Below are positions 41,903-56,919 of a DNA stretch of 64,000 nucleotides, in pieces. Both the position numbers and the translations under genes were made by a program. The DNA lies in the NCBI RefSeq assembly GCF_006345805.1, contig NC_043014.1, forward strand, positions 4,774,001 through 4,838,000. The letters run 5' to 3'. The notes under the pieces were generated by a model. The model was not told the origin of the DNA. It saw only the letters and a list, made by a program, of their open reading frames with translations, and made no database searches. This DNA comes from Octopus sinensis (lineage: Eukaryota). Within the stretch, counting starts at the first letter, position 1; each line of letters starts with the position of its first letter.

Positions 41903-42046
41903 CGTTTTCGATTTCTCTTCCATTTTTCCTATTCTTGAATCTTGATGAAGAATCACGATCGTCAGAACGAGAAGAACCCCAAAAGCTATGAGAGAAGAAA
42001 TGGAATAACGCTGCGAAATATTCCTGGACAGTTGTGCGAAATCCAT
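41903..42046 (-). CDS. Gene C exon 1 (signal anchor)
   Basis: ATG, hydrophobic segment, ACG|gtaagt. Confidence 0.85.
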
Positions 42047-45000
42047 TCTGGAGACAGTTGTCGGTCGTACGTGATACTTCGTGTGGCTTCAACAAAAGAT
42101 CGAGATGCGAGGTTTAAGCTGAAGACCTGTAACTGAATTCCACGTATTTATTGAGCGCACAACAACCCAGCTCTGGCATAGATCTTATCGTAAATTTATG
42201 AACCAATGCGATTGGTGGAACTGTAAAAGCGGGTGTGAACTTGTCTGACAGGTTTAATTATTGGAAAGAGATGGTTTGATATAGTCACACAATAATTAGC
42301 AAAATATTTTGATGAATGAGAGACTCGTGTAAAGTGAAATGATTCCTGTTTCTGGATATATTATGATATATTTATTTACTAATGTTGTTATTTAATTTTA
42401 TTTGTTTTTTCTTGGGAAACTGTTTTAATATTCAGTGTGGGAAGTATTTCGTTCAACCAACAAATACACAGACACACACGCATACACACACACTGACACG
42501 CAAACACACACGGACGGACACACACACAGACACTGACACACGCACACTGACACGCACACACAAGCACACACTGACACGAACACCAACACACACACCTACA
42601 CACACTGACACACAGACACATACACGCACACACACTAACACACACACACATACTGACATACACACACACCAACACACACCCACACACACCAACACACACT
42701 GACACACACACTGACACACACACACAGATACATTGTCTTACACACACATACACACTCACGCACAGACATACACATTGACACACACACACGGACACACACA
42801 CACTGACACACACACACACACACGCTGACACGCACACGCACATACACTGACACACACACATACACTTACACACACACATACACTGACACATACACTGACA
42901 TACACACACTCCCACACGCACATATACACTGACACACACACACACACACACTGACACACACTCATACACACACTCACACACTGTTTTAATATCCAGTGTG
43001 GGAAGTATTTCGTTCAACCCACACAGTAATCGCAAGACTTAATCTAATGAAGTCCGCTGTTCGGATTGGATTCTTCACAACAAGCGTTAATCTGATTAGA
43101 AAAGTTTTATGTGAATATCAAAATCAAAACCTGCCAATTCCCACCCACCCATACATACATACACACACACATACACACATACATACATATATACATACAT
43201 ACATACATACATACATACATACACACATACTTACGTATATACCCCCATACATACATATATACTTACAATCACACACATATATATATACATACATACACAC
43301 ATACATACACACATACATACATACAAACATACATACATACGCACACATACATACGTACATACATACATACATGTATGCATATATTTATACATACAAGTAT
43401 GTATGTATACATGTATACATGCATGTATGTTTGAATGTAAGCATGTATATATCGATAGACCCATATACACATACATACATACATACTTACATCCATACAT
43501 ACATGCATACATCCATCCATACACACATACATCCATCATACATATACATACATACATACATATACATCCATACATACATACATACATACTTACATCCATA
43601 CATCCATCCATACATACATACATACATACATATATACATACATACATACATACTTACATCCATACATACATGCATACATACTTACATCCATCCATCCATT
43701 CATAAGTACATACTCGGTGGCTGCCCCCTTGTTATCGAGTATGGCCATTGCACGAAGCTTAATCAATGTTGTTATCTTGCAATGCCTGTGCATGAAGATT
43801 TTTTTTATAGTGAGGAAAGGCTGTGCACTGTGTCAATCCCAGTCACTAAGCAACAGCAGCCATAATCCGAAAAGAAGAACAAGTCAACATTATCGGTAAC
43901 CACTGAGCCGCAGGTTTATATCGGAGTTATCCCAGTTACCTGAGTTACCTTCTCCTAGAAGGATGCCCTAACAAAGTCTAGGAGTCCTCCACTCCCAATG
44001 GTTTAACCGCCCGATCTGGTATTCAGTCCGATTATTTCTATGTCCCCGCGCATGACACAAACCAACCGGTCGATCCACGACCAACCGACAAACCAACGAA
44101 CCAGGTGACCCACCGACAAACCAGCCAACCAGCAACCAACCGACAAACCAACCAACCAGCCGATCCCCTACCAACCGACAAACCAGCCAACCAGGTGACC
44201 CACAGACCAACCAGCCAGCCAGCAACCAACCGACAAACCAGTCATGACCAACCGATCCACCACCAACCGACAAACCAGCCAACCAGGTGACCCACAGACC
44301 AACCAGCCCGCCAGCAACCAACCGACAAACCAGTCATGACCAACCGATCCACCACCAACCAGCCAACCTGCCTACCAGCCAACTTTTGGCTGTTATTTTT
44401 ATATAAACGTTACTGAATAAAAGATGGGTTGGTCACGACTGGATGTCTTCGATCATAGACCTGTTCGATTAGGCTTTCGTGAGGGCTGGACAACAACAAC
44501 ATTAACAACAACAACAACAACAACAACAACATCAATAACAACGAAATACATTAAATACGACCGATTCTCTCTAGAATTAGGAACCCGGCGTTGTTTGCGT
44601 GAGTCTGGCCGAGGCATTTTGAAATAGCAGCAACATGTCGGGAAGAAGAAGGGTTTCCACTTAGATTTTAATACAGGATCTTTCGTAAACCTCAATCTCT
44701 GGTGCTGGGGTCGGGGGGTGGGGTGGGGGACTTTGATATTGCTGACATGTCTTCTCTTTTACCTTCGGCAATACAATGAAGGCTTTTGTTGTTGATGTTG
44801 GTGGTGGTGGTGTTGTTGTTTGAGATAGTAGTGGTGGTGGTGGTGGCAATGGTTGTAGTTGTGGTGGTGGTCATGGTAGTGGTGGTAGTAATGCTGGTGC
44901 TGGTAATGGTTGTGGTGGCGGTCACGGTTTTGCTGGTGGTGGCTGTGTTTTCCTCCGACGTCTGCCCAATCCAAACAATTCTTTTTTTGCAGTCATTTCT

Positions 45001-47487
45001 CCGTTCTTTTTTTTTTTTTCAATTTTTTTATTCTTTTAATTTTCAGACATATTGCCTCTGAGATATAACAAAGATTCGATTCATATCGAAGTCAATTTTA
45101 ATATTGGATTTACAAGTGCCCAAATCAGTGGTTCCCAACAGTAGTTAATTTGACAGTTGGAGGTCCATGTAAGATTGCTTTAAAATCTATCTATTTCTTT
45201 ACTACCCACAAGGGGCTAAACACACAGAGGACAAACAAGGACAGACAAGCGGATTAAGTCGGTTATATCAACCCCAGTGTTTCACTGGTACTTAATTTAT
45301 CGACCGCGAAATGATGAAAGGCAAAGTCGACCTCAGCGCAATTTGAACACAGAACGTAACCGCAGACGAAATACCACTAGGCATTTCGCCCGGCGTGCTA
45401 ACGTTTCTACTAGCTCTTCATCAAAATTTTAAAAAACTTTTTTGAAAATTTTCATCAAAATTATGGAAAGTTTTTTGAAAATTTTGATCAAAAGTTTAAA
45501 AAACTTTTTTGGAAATTTTGATCAAAATTTTAAAAAACTTTTTTGAAATTTTGATCAAAATTTTTGAAAAGTTTTCTGAAAAATTTCATCAGTTGTTCAT
45601 GAAATACTGCAGATTTCGTTGATAGGGAATATTTTTTCTCCGGATAGTTATCCAACAAATACATACACGCACACTGGCACACACACACATACAAACACAC
45701 ACACACACATATACAAACACACACACACACAAACTGACACACACACACACACACTAACATACACACACAGACACAAACATACACACACACATTGACACAC
45801 GCACACACACACACACGCACACAAATATGCGGGGGAAATGCGGGCACTCACGAGCGACCGCAGTTACTGTTGGGGCACAAGGTTGAAGTCAACTCCTCTA
45901 GCGAAGAATTTATGAAAGAGAAATACCGAAGGGAGGTAACTCACGACAGACTCCAGCCTGGCGCTCTAATGGCGTCACTTACTCGTTGTTGTTGACTATG
46001 TTTAAGTTAAAGCTATGGCTTTAAGTTTGTCCAGATATTCCCCTCTTCGGTATTTTCTTTTGATGACGGTTGAACTGGAACCCGATAGGGAGCAGCACTG
46101 GACTGATATACTGTTTTTGCCGCTTTCTGCACTGAATTTGCTTTTAGAGTTTGAAATATGCCATTAGCACATTTTAACGAACCTAAAAATTGCTTATGCC
46201 TAATACTGAGCGCTAATACTGTTCACTGGAAACGCCATGTTGAATGTTTCCATATATTCATTTGTCAATTTGCATTTCGTGCGTTCATATTACTTAATTA
46301 TTATTCTTTTTCGCTAGCTTTTTCACAATCGAGCATTCTTATGGCACGCAATTAATCGGACAAAAAACGTGCTGCCACCCACAGATCCCTCTTTCCACGG
46401 ATACCTTCGTTTATGTGGCAGCCATTCTACAAACTCCCATATACAAGGAGCAATCATGCTGGGTAGAGTGTGAAAGACTCAACATGTTGCACTGATTCCA
46501 CCTAATGCATATTTTATAAGTGGTGTTCCTTTCTTTACTAAGTCGTTTATGTGTGTTACAGTTATTGTATGCATGTATCTCGAAGCAAGTTCCTCTTCTG
46601 CGAGTTTGATAGTTTTATGTTACAGACGGAGATAATTTGTTGAACTTGATGTTTTGTGTTGTTGCTGTAGATTCGGTTGATGCTGTTCCTGAAGTGTACT
46701 CATATTTCTTGGTGGTTTCACATTTTATTTTGACACATCAGTTTTCAGGGAACGATGAGAGGCTGCGTGTCTAATGTGACTTGAGGTTGTGTTTGTGATT
46801 TTTGTAGAAGAGTGGGAATATTTGAATGTAGGTTGAAAATAGTTAATCGTGGGACGTGTACTTGTACCCTTGTCGAAACAGTTTCGTGAAACACCTGACA
46901 AGTAGTTAGGTAGTCAACATTTTGTGGTATTACTTCAGTGGATATCAAATACCCTTTATTTGGTAATATCCCCGATTGGATTGCAGAGCTTTCATCGCAT
47001 CGATTGTAGTTACAATGATACGTATGTGAGTTGTTTTTTACTAACCCATCATGATTTAGTGATGTTAGTTATAAGCTTTTATCGTGTTTTTTGAAGATTG
47101 ATCATGAAAGGGTGATATATTTGTACGGATGTGTTTCATTTGGGGATTGTTTTCATTTTAAGACGGAATACAACACACATTTAAACGAATCATCATTATA
47201 TTTCAAAATTTAAATTTGATAAACTGAACCTCATACAATGTATTCTAGAATCATTCCCTGAGGATTACATCTTTCTGTTAAGCTATTTGTCACATTCTAT
47301 GACGTCTCTGTTGTTTCGTTTTGAATATTTTCTGAAAACTTGTAGCAGCAATTTATTTAACAACATATATTAGTCGGATAAAATACTGCGAAACACAATT
47401 ACAAGAAACGTATATGTTGCTCTATTATATTATATTTTATGATTCGCCCACATAAATTTTCATATAGAAACGAATGTAAATTTCTAT

Positions 47488-47987
47488 TCAATATTTACTG
47501 CACACAATGCAGGTTAATTCTCGAACATTGACATACGGTGGACATGGCAATGAACCACAAGCAGCTTGAACGAAATACAGTAGAGCTCCATCTTCGTTTC
47601 TGTAACCCGCTGGATCAGCTTCTGGTGCATAGTCCACACACACATATTCAAGTTTGCCTTTATGCCCGTAATGACCGGACATCAAATATCCCGAATACTC
47701 AGCTGTCCAACCAGCGTAACACTGTGTCCTGGCTGGTAACATCATAACAACAGCAGGTTGTCGTGTCAAACAGACAGCGCACGGAACGTTATGATCATGA
47801 ATTGATTCAGCGTTAGCAAAAGAAAAGAGTTTATTAGTTGGGTATACTTCCAGTTGATATTCACTGCCATAAATGTAAGCACTTTTTGTATCTCCTGTCG
47901 TATAATTGGCCCAAATGGGGTCGTTAGGTAGACACAAGAGATTACTTCCGCCACCAGTATGGCTATAAAGTTGTCCATCAACCACAC
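47488..47987 (-). CDS. Gene D terminal exon (C4-like domain), nearly identical to gene B
   Basis: ttctag|GT GTG GTT GAT; open; conserved GG changed to DG. Confidence 0.88.
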
Positions 47988-48207
47988 CTAGAATTGGTAA
48001 GAATAAATCAAGTAAAAAAGATGTTAAGCAAAATTATATATGAAATAACGGAAATATTCATTACAAATTGACCCTTAAAAGGAGTCATGTTTAGTCGTGT
48101 GTGAACGAATTGTGGTGTATATATGTTAGTGTTTATGTAAGTGTAAGCTGTGTGTTGCTGAATGCTTGAGATCGTAGCTGTGCATTTGCCTTGTCATCAT
48201 ATGTACG

Positions 48208-48280
<73 letters not shown>

Positions 48281-49679
48281 AAGAAGCATCAATGATCTCC
48301 AGATGTAATGCGGTACGCTTGTTTCATGCAAATCCAATTATATATATTGATGGAGAAAAAGAAAGATATTTTATAACGCATGCACTCGTGTTTATCCGAA
48401 ATGGAAAAGATGTTCACGTGTGAACGGGGATATTTTGGATGGTGGAAATTGTTGGTGGTTTGAGTAGGACAATAGGGGAGACGACGAGATGCAGAGAAGT
48501 GGTGGGTAGCCGTCGATGAAATGTTGTTTAGTCGATAATACGAGAGTCAGTGGCTAAACCTCTCGTTTAGACTCGGAAGAATCAGGCTTACAAAGACGTT
48601 ATGATCACACAGACTTTTTTTCATGCAATACACAGAAACGAGGTGGGAGGAAAAATTTGAGGATCAGTGATGGCTTAGTGCTTAAGATGAATGGACGGCC
48701 GAGTGAGCGACCGATAAAGGATATGTGTAGGTTTTATAAAGAGTAGATTCAGAGCATTTTAATGGAATGTGAGGTTCATTGCGGAAGCGGTTTGTAGCAG
48801 AAGTTTTGAATCGCAAGTTTCGGAATTACCTTACAAAGATATACAGGATAATTATTGAGGTGATATGGTGCATGAAAAGAGCAAGGTTTCAGCGATAGGA
48901 TGATTTCGGTGAGGCGGAGAAGAATAGAAGTGCATTCTGTACTCTGTTGTGTTCTCTCACTAATATTTAGTCTCTCTCTATTTTACTTAATGAATAAAGT
49001 CCTTAGCTTTTTCCATCAGTTACAGTATGTGGCTTGTCCAGTCCTCATTCTACATTGTGCGTTCATTCCATTAACCATTTACAGTCACTGTCATAAATTC
49101 TAATAGACTCTCTTCAATTTAGCCCACACCTACCATCATTGGGCACTCTAGTTAAAGATAGTCAAGTGGCCACTTTTCAACTCTGGTTACTCACGTTCAA
49201 TACCACCATCCGTAGCCTGTACAATTGATCACCAGTTAGCAGCCTCGGTATTTGATATCTACAATCCAAAGCTGGTCAGCCTGAAAATCTTGATCGCCTA
49301 GGTGGTTTTCATTCCAGCCCTTGTCTATAATTTAACGTAGAGATATCTATATTCTGTGGTTAGACAACATCCTTTTCACTTGGTCCGTAGTACACAACAT
49401 ATAATATTCTGATTTGACCAAATACCTACAAAGGAGTAAGCAGTCTTATGTAGTGTCTGTATAGTCTACAGGTATAGACGTTTGAAACGTGACATATCAT
49501 AAGAGGATTTGAGAATGTTTATGTCAGACAACCCGACAAAGGGTGAGTGTGTGTGCGTGTGCGTGAGAGAGAGTGTGAGTGTGAAAGAGAGGCAACAAAA
49601 GAGAGAATGAGAGGTATAAAAAGAGAACAAGAGAAAGACAAAAAGAAGATGAGATGTGAGAATTATAAAGTATACTAAA

Positions 49680-49754
49680 GGTCATATACAAGTTTTGAAT
49701 AAGGAGGACAAGTTGTTCTGCCCCACCGGGTATACAATGATCCGAGACCAGGTT
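49680..49754 (-). pseudogene. Gene D penultimate exon with destroyed donor (GAC G|gttag changed to GAC C|tttag)
   Basis: tatactaaAGgtcat at 49679-49680 versus tatactaaCCgtcat in the four other copies. Confidence 0.8.
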
Positions 49755-50384
49755 CTGTGATATTAAAATGAAGTAAAGTAGTTTAAAAGAAAGAATTGGG
49801 GGTTCATTTACAATGTAGATTGTTGGATGGGAAGGAATTGATGGCGAAGAGAGAAATATAGAAGTTAAGAAAGAACGAGTGAATGAATGAAAGTCAGAAC
49901 GAAAGAGATAAATAATAAGAATAAATTGTAAAGAAAGAAAAAAGACATTTGTCTGTTGAGCCTGTTGGTGACGTTGATGTCAAAGATTTGAGAGATTAAT
50001 CTCAGAATATCAGAATGTGTATCGGTCTCCGCTATGAACGGATGTATGTATGATACGTAAACTTGGGTATGAGTATATATACTTCTCAATAGAATAATGA
50101 TAAAACTCAATAGAATAATGATAAAATATTCGCCAGGTGCGAATATTCATCGGTCAATTACAAATATCAGTTTGGAGCTCGGCGCAAATAAGGCCATCAT
50201 AACTACAATATGAAAATAACAACCATACCGAATCATTTGTCGATTTAGTTAAAAGACATCGCATCCGGATCTCGAGTAAAGGAGTCCGGTCGATAAATGT
50301 ATAGCATAACCCACCCAATACCGGTGCAACCAGCAAGAAGCCTGCAAATTGATCTGGGTTGCGTAGGCTAGGAGCACAAAATTG

Positions 50385-52225
50385 ACGGTCTCAGGACACC
50401 AAAGCAGATCAAGAAGGGAACAACCTTTAATAATTGAGAATTAAACTGTCTGAATTTTTAGATATAATCTGCCTGTAAGATATAACCGGAGTCTCCTCTA
50501 CAAAATTTCGTTTCTCCGATAGCGTACACCTGGATATAGGCTTGAAACTCCACAACGCAACTGTGGTGCCAACAATATCTGCACAGGTGGGATTAGGATA
50601 CTCTCAATCCCCAGCTTTCGGATTGTTTTATGGAGTGAAACCTACTAGGTGTGAGGTTTCACCTCTTGAAACTAAGGCTGAATATGAAAGACCACTTTGG
50701 CTGTTGAAAGTATATGCAGCAAACAGCTGGGTCAAATACAAATCCTTCCTAGGCAAATTCACCTCAGCTTTAGATATATTTGGGGCATAGTCATTTGTCC
50801 TGCAAGGAGACTTCGGTGCACACCTTGGCACTGATAACCGTGAGAAGGGTTGATTGGAAGGAATGTCGTCAGTGAACTTAATGGACAGGTCATAGCAGAC
50901 TTCTGTGCAGGATACACACTGTCCTCTCTATGGTAAAGATATTATTTTAAGACAGGGATATTTATAAGGGTGCCTGGTATAGAAAAACTTGGTGACAGAG
51001 GTTTCTGATAGATTTCGGTCATCTTTCACTCTTTGCTGAACGTTTGTGTCTGAAAACCTAAAAATTCCTACAGACTGCCGAACACTGGAAATTGGTAAGC
51101 CGTGGATGCTGGGATCAGAAACAAAAATGTGGAGACTTTTGCATCCAAATTGAGAGTGACCCTCCTGAATTAAGTTGAACATCGAAATGGATTTGTGATT
51201 GTATTATTTTTTTCGGCAGGTTCTTCTTCGTTTGAACGCTTATTTGAGCTAAACTCACTTAAAAGTGATAAAGCTGCTGGTGAAAAGCACGTTCGGTTTG
51301 ATATTTTAGAAGCCTTAAATACAGACGGTATTCTCTGAGTGACCCATGTACGCTAGGTGGATGGGACCTCTGGAAAAACACCAAGGAAATGGTAATATGG
51401 GGTGACAATCACAATTTCTTCAAACAAAGACCAATGAGTGTGTTCTAATTATAGAAAAGTCTACACTAGATGTCAGGAAACGATATGTAGGGAAATTGTC
51501 GTGCTAAATGTTACTGTCCGGGACACTGTACACCCGACCAGAGAGTCATTCAAAGACAGATCTTCCAGTAAACGTTGAAGCATTTCCGAGGGGAATACGC
51601 TGTAAACCACGGAAAGGCACAAGATAACGTGCCCTGAGGCATGTTGTGGATGGTTTACCAGGAAGGTGAGTTTACTGGGCAAATACTGGTTGCCATAAAG
51701 TACTTATATGGATGTTCAAATGATTGTATTTATGTAAAAGTCGAAAGTTTTCAACGAGAAGGTTTCAGCTCAGCATCGTCTACACCAACTCGTGCTCCTT
51801 ATTCCCAAAGTTCAGTGAACTATTTACACTGGCCCTACGCGACTCCCCTGATGTGATAGCTATCACCGAGACTTGGCTGACTCCAGCAGTAAAGGACTCA
51901 GAGGTCCACCTGCAGGGCTACGTCCTTTTCAGATGTGACAGAGGAAAAAGGCGAGGTGGAGGTGTTGCTGTGTATGTTAAGTCTGAGCACAAACCGTCCT
52001 GCGGTATTCTACCCACAAATGCTCAACCTACAACCAAATTCGATGCCGTCTATTGCAAGCAGGGCATTTGATTCTCAGATGAAGAGGGCATGCCATACTT
52101 ATCGTCTGCAAGCCGGTGGGGCTCGCTCTGAGCACTCTAATTTGCTCACACTGAACATACCGGCCGCCTCGGACACTCAGCGAAGAGCACACTCGTTGGA
52201 ACCGTCCAGACCGAAACAATTCTCG
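50385..52225 (+). mobile_element. RTE LINE relic, gene D copy, interrupted by a foreign LINE fragment
   Basis: Paralogue of 22248-24210. Confidence 0.8.
51768..52061 (+). mobile_element. Open N-terminal APE endonuclease fragment of a CR1/L2/Jockey-group LINE
   Basis: LSIVYTNSCSL..K..EL..PDVIAITETWL...D.E..LQGY.LFRCDR..RRGGGVAVYVK. Confidence 0.88.
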
Positions 52226-54596
52226 ACGTATCACTGCATATATACTCATATATACTCAATAAATGGCATAGTATATTAGAATAACATTATATTTAGGGAA
52301 TTCTTGTAAAGTAGAACATAGTTTAAAATAAATTCAGGCAAGTGTCTTAGTATATATTATTGTGGACATATGGATAGTAATGTGGAATTAATTCAAAGTT
52401 GGTGAAATAATAAATCATTAGTTAATGAGTCACGGGTAAAAGACTTTAGCTATAAAATTAGTTCTTACTTGGTGTGTCATCAGGTTTATCGTCGAGAGAT
52501 TTCTTGGAGATGAAACGGTTCTGTGAAAAAATAGAAATAGCATCATATAAATAGAACTTCAGGGTATTCATTATCGTTTAGAACTTAAAACAATGCAATA
52601 GATGACTACATATTCGGACAGTTAACATTGCCAACACTACCATCTCAACCCCTTAGGAATTTTCTAGAAGGCGCTTCAATCCGGTCAAAGGATTTTCTGA
52701 ACAATATCAGACAATAGAGCTCAGCATTTCAAATGACATCGTTTGGTGAATCTAAGAAGATAGATAAACATGAATTTACGCCGACGTCAAAGTTCAAGGG
52801 CAAGTCTATCGCCTTATTGGTTCTCTGGTACCCGCGAATGAACAACCACAGTTCCTCCAAATTTACTGTATGAGTGATGTAGGACAACAAACCCGACGTG
52901 AGGTGTCAAAATTTCCGATGATAGTTGGTGTTACACACAACGCACACTGCTGCAAAGGAGAGTATACCCACTGACAGTTTTTCGGTGCGTTCAAAAATCA
53001 CACAAACCCCACATCCAATATTGTATGACAGGTTAGGGCCTGAAACACTCCAAACGGACGCATAGCATGTTGCTTAGTCGAATTATCCGAGCATTTACTA
53101 CAAATGTTTTGTTGTCAATGTTGCACTTTCCAATATCACCTGTTTCAAAATGACTGGAATATACTATATACCAACTTTGCCATTTGAATCCCCAGCAATG
53201 CCGGGTGTGTCTGCAAGTACACAGACACACACACAGACACACACACACACATGTATATATATATAGGTAAATTTAATCCAAACATGACAGCACAAAAGTA
53301 CAACGACGCGAGGACGTGGAACAAAGATAGTATTATTGGACGCTCAGGAAATAAGGAAAGAAGGAGGGTTTAACGTTTCGGGTGGAGTTCTTCGTCGGAA
53401 ACATACAAGAAGGAAAGATCCAGAGGAGGGAAGACAGAGGAAAAAATCGCCAACTGTACACACGCGGCCACATTTTGAATGACCGGAAGGAAATGGGTGA
53501 AGATAAGTTCTTTCAAAGACAGAATAGTGGTAGAGGAAGAGGAATGTGTGTGTAAGTGTGGATAAGAGAGTGTGTGGAGGTCTGCGTGTGCGTGTGTGTG
53601 TATGTGTGTATGTGTGCAATGATGACACGTGTATGTGTATGTGCATGTGTGTGTGTATGTGTGTGTGTGGTTGTGGCTGTTTATCTTTGCGTGTTGTAGG
53701 GTTAGTAGTGTTAAGGTCAAGGAAGAAGGAATTGGGCGTGGCTCCTTTTGTCTCTACCACAGGTCAAGTTGTAGGTACTGCTAGTTTGAAGTATGTGTGT
53801 GTGTGCGTGTATGTATATGTATCAAGTGTGTGTTTGCTTGTAGTGTGTGTGTATGTATGTGTGTGTTCATGTGTGTAGGCGTAGAGTTAGGGTGTGTGGC
53901 GAATAACAGTGCTTACTTAGTGTACGAGTGCGTGTATGTTTGTGGGTATATGTGCAATGATGACACGCGTGTGTGTGTATGTGTGTGTTTTGTTTGGAGT
54001 GTGTGTGTGTGTGTGCATGTGTGTGTATGCGTAGCGTTTGGGTGTGTGGCGAATATCTGTGCGTATGCGTGTATACATGTATGTATAATTGTGTGCGTGT
54101 ATGTATAATTGTGTGCCGTGTGTATGGGACGTATGTGTGGGTTCATTTGTGTGTGTGTGTTTGTATGTGCATGCGTCTCGTATGTGAGTGTAGTTGTGTG
54201 TGCGTGTACGTGTGAGTTTGTATGTGTGTAAGCGTATATGGGTGTATATACGTGTATCCGTGGGGTTGTGAGTTTTGTGTGCGTGTGTGTGTTTGTGTCT
54301 GTGTCTATATGTGTATACTTATGTGTATGTGTGTGTGCGTGTATACATATAACTCCGTGATCACCGTTACAGACCAAGCTAACAGTTGTTGCTACATATC
54401 GCTGGTCACAATGCGCTTCGCATTGTTTTAGCCTTCAAATGACGCCAGCCCGCTAGCTAAGCGAGCAGGCCAACAGAAGAAAGGGAGAAAGTTGTAGCGA
54501 AAGAGTGCTCACAACCTAGTCTGGGAATCGAAATCGCGATCCTAAAACCGTGAGTCCGCGACCCGAAGCACTGGGCCACTGCGCCTCCAAACAGAC

Positions 54597-54692
<96 letters not shown>

Positions 54693-54995
54693 CAATATAT
54701 AGGTATACACGTACACATAAGCATATACACCATAAATATCACAAATATACGTATCTACTTATACGCATACACACACACAAACGCACACATATATGTGAGT
54801 GGACATACACTGTATAGTGTGATTGTTCGTGTACAATAGAGCACGTGTGTCTGTGTGCGTGCGTATGTGTGTGTGTTTGTGTTTTTTTGTGCGTGTGTTT
54901 CTCCGTGTGTCTGTGTGTATGTATTTACATTCGTTCTTACATATTGTCATATATAAAAACCAACGTGAATTACAGTCAAACATTACAAAATTCAC

Positions 54996-55072
54996 CGATC
55001 TACATTGGCACTCGCACGTTTTATTTTAAGTTGGAAAGAAAAGATTCAAAAAAACTCGCCTCACTTCCGTTC
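54996..55072 (-). pseudogene. Gene D candidate exon 3 with in-frame stop (GAA to TAA at 55028-55026)
   Basis: Reads ...FFPT* instead of FFPTENK. Confidence 0.5.
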
Positions 55073-55280
55073 CTGATGGAGAGAAATAGATAAATGTGTG
55101 TAAATATGTACGTATTCCTATGTGTGCGTGTGTGTGTGTTTGTATGTGTCTGTTTCTGTGCGTGTGTGTAAGTGTACATCTAGATATAATACTTAACACT
55201 AATATTAATAGGGCTAAACGTTGCAGCGACAGGGCATGGCCATGCTGGAACCCCACCATTAGATTTTTTTGATTACGCAC

Positions 55281-55356
55281 TTATTTCCCTCTCCAGGATT
55301 ATGTCTGGTGAAAGAGCGATCGGACTGGAGTACAATTCCACCCTTCTTTGTGTTTC
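55281..55356 (-). CDS. Gene D candidate exon 2 ([25 protein letters not shown]), splice sites intact
   Basis: cccaag|GAA ... A|gtgcgt. Confidence 0.5.
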
Positions 55357-55398
55357 CTTGGGATGTGTGTATATGTATGTATACATATATACATATAT

Positions 55399-55444
<46 letters not shown>

Positions 55445-55451
55445 ATATATA

Positions 55452-55536
<85 letters not shown>

Positions 55537-55928
55537 TGTAGATAAATAGATTGATAGATAGATATGTATGTATATACATACGTAACTATATATGTGTATG
55601 TATATATGATATGTATATATATATATATATATATATAGATGTATGTATGTGTGTGTGTGTATAGCACACATAGTTTGTATGTATCTATGTTTTATGTATG
55701 TGTCTGTTATTGTCGCACCACTATCGATTCTAAACTGATATCGGTGTGTTTACGTCTCCGTTACATAGCGGTTAGGCTAGAGATACCGATAGAATGAGCA
55801 ATAGGCTTACAAAGAATAATTCCTGAAGTCGATTTGTCCTACTAAACGCAGTGCTCTAGCATGGCCGCAGTCAAATGACTGAAACGGTTAACAGAGTATA
55901 TTTATATACAAACAAACATACACACACA

Positions 55929-55994
<66 letters not shown>

Positions 55995-56414
55995 GATAAA
56001 TAGAGAGAGAGAGAGATAGACAGAGAGATACAGTGATAGATACACACACGCATATGTTTGTTTGTATATATATATCTATATATGTTCAGGCACTAATATA
56101 TTCATATATATGCATATTTATATATACATATATATGTATATTATATATACGAATATATGTATATGTATATATATGTATGTTTAGGTGTGTGCGCCTGTGT
56201 GTTCGTGTGTGATTACGTGTGTGATCTTATGTGTGGGTGTGTGCTCCATAGGGACATATGTACGTGATTCATGCATACATCCTTACATCCATCCATCCAT
56301 CCGTACGTACATACATCCACATATTAATACATACATACGTAAATGCATACATACATACATGCATATATAAATACATAAAGACATACATATATTAACACAA
56401 AATCCATGACTTAC

Positions 56415-56558
56415 CGTTTTCGATTTCTCTTCCATGTTTCCTATTCTTGAATCTTGATGAAGAATCACGATCGTTAGAACGAGAAGAACCCCAAAAGCTA
56501 TGAGAGAAGAAATGGAATAACGCTGCGAAATATTCCTGGACAGTTGTGCGAAATCCAT
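56415..56558 (-). CDS. Gene D exon 1 (signal anchor)
   Basis: ATG, hydrophobic segment, ACG|gtaagt. Confidence 0.85.
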
Positions 56559-56919
56559 TCTGGTGACAGTTGTCGGTCGTAAGTGATACTTCGTGTGGCT
56601 TCAACAAAAGATCGAGATGCGAGGTTTAAGCTGAAGACCTGTAACTGAATTCCACGTATTTATTGAGCGCACAACAACCAAGCTCTGGCATAGATCTTAT
56701 CGTAAATTTATGAACCAATGCGATTGGTGGAACTGTAAAAGTGGGCGTGAACTTGTCTGACAGGTTTAATTATTGGAAAGAGATGGTTTGATATTGTCAC
56801 ACAATAATTATCAAAATATTTTGATGAATGAGAGACACGTGTAAAGTGAAATGATTCCTCTGTCTGGATATATTATGATATATTTATTTACTAATGTTGT
56901 TATTTAATTTTATTTGTTA

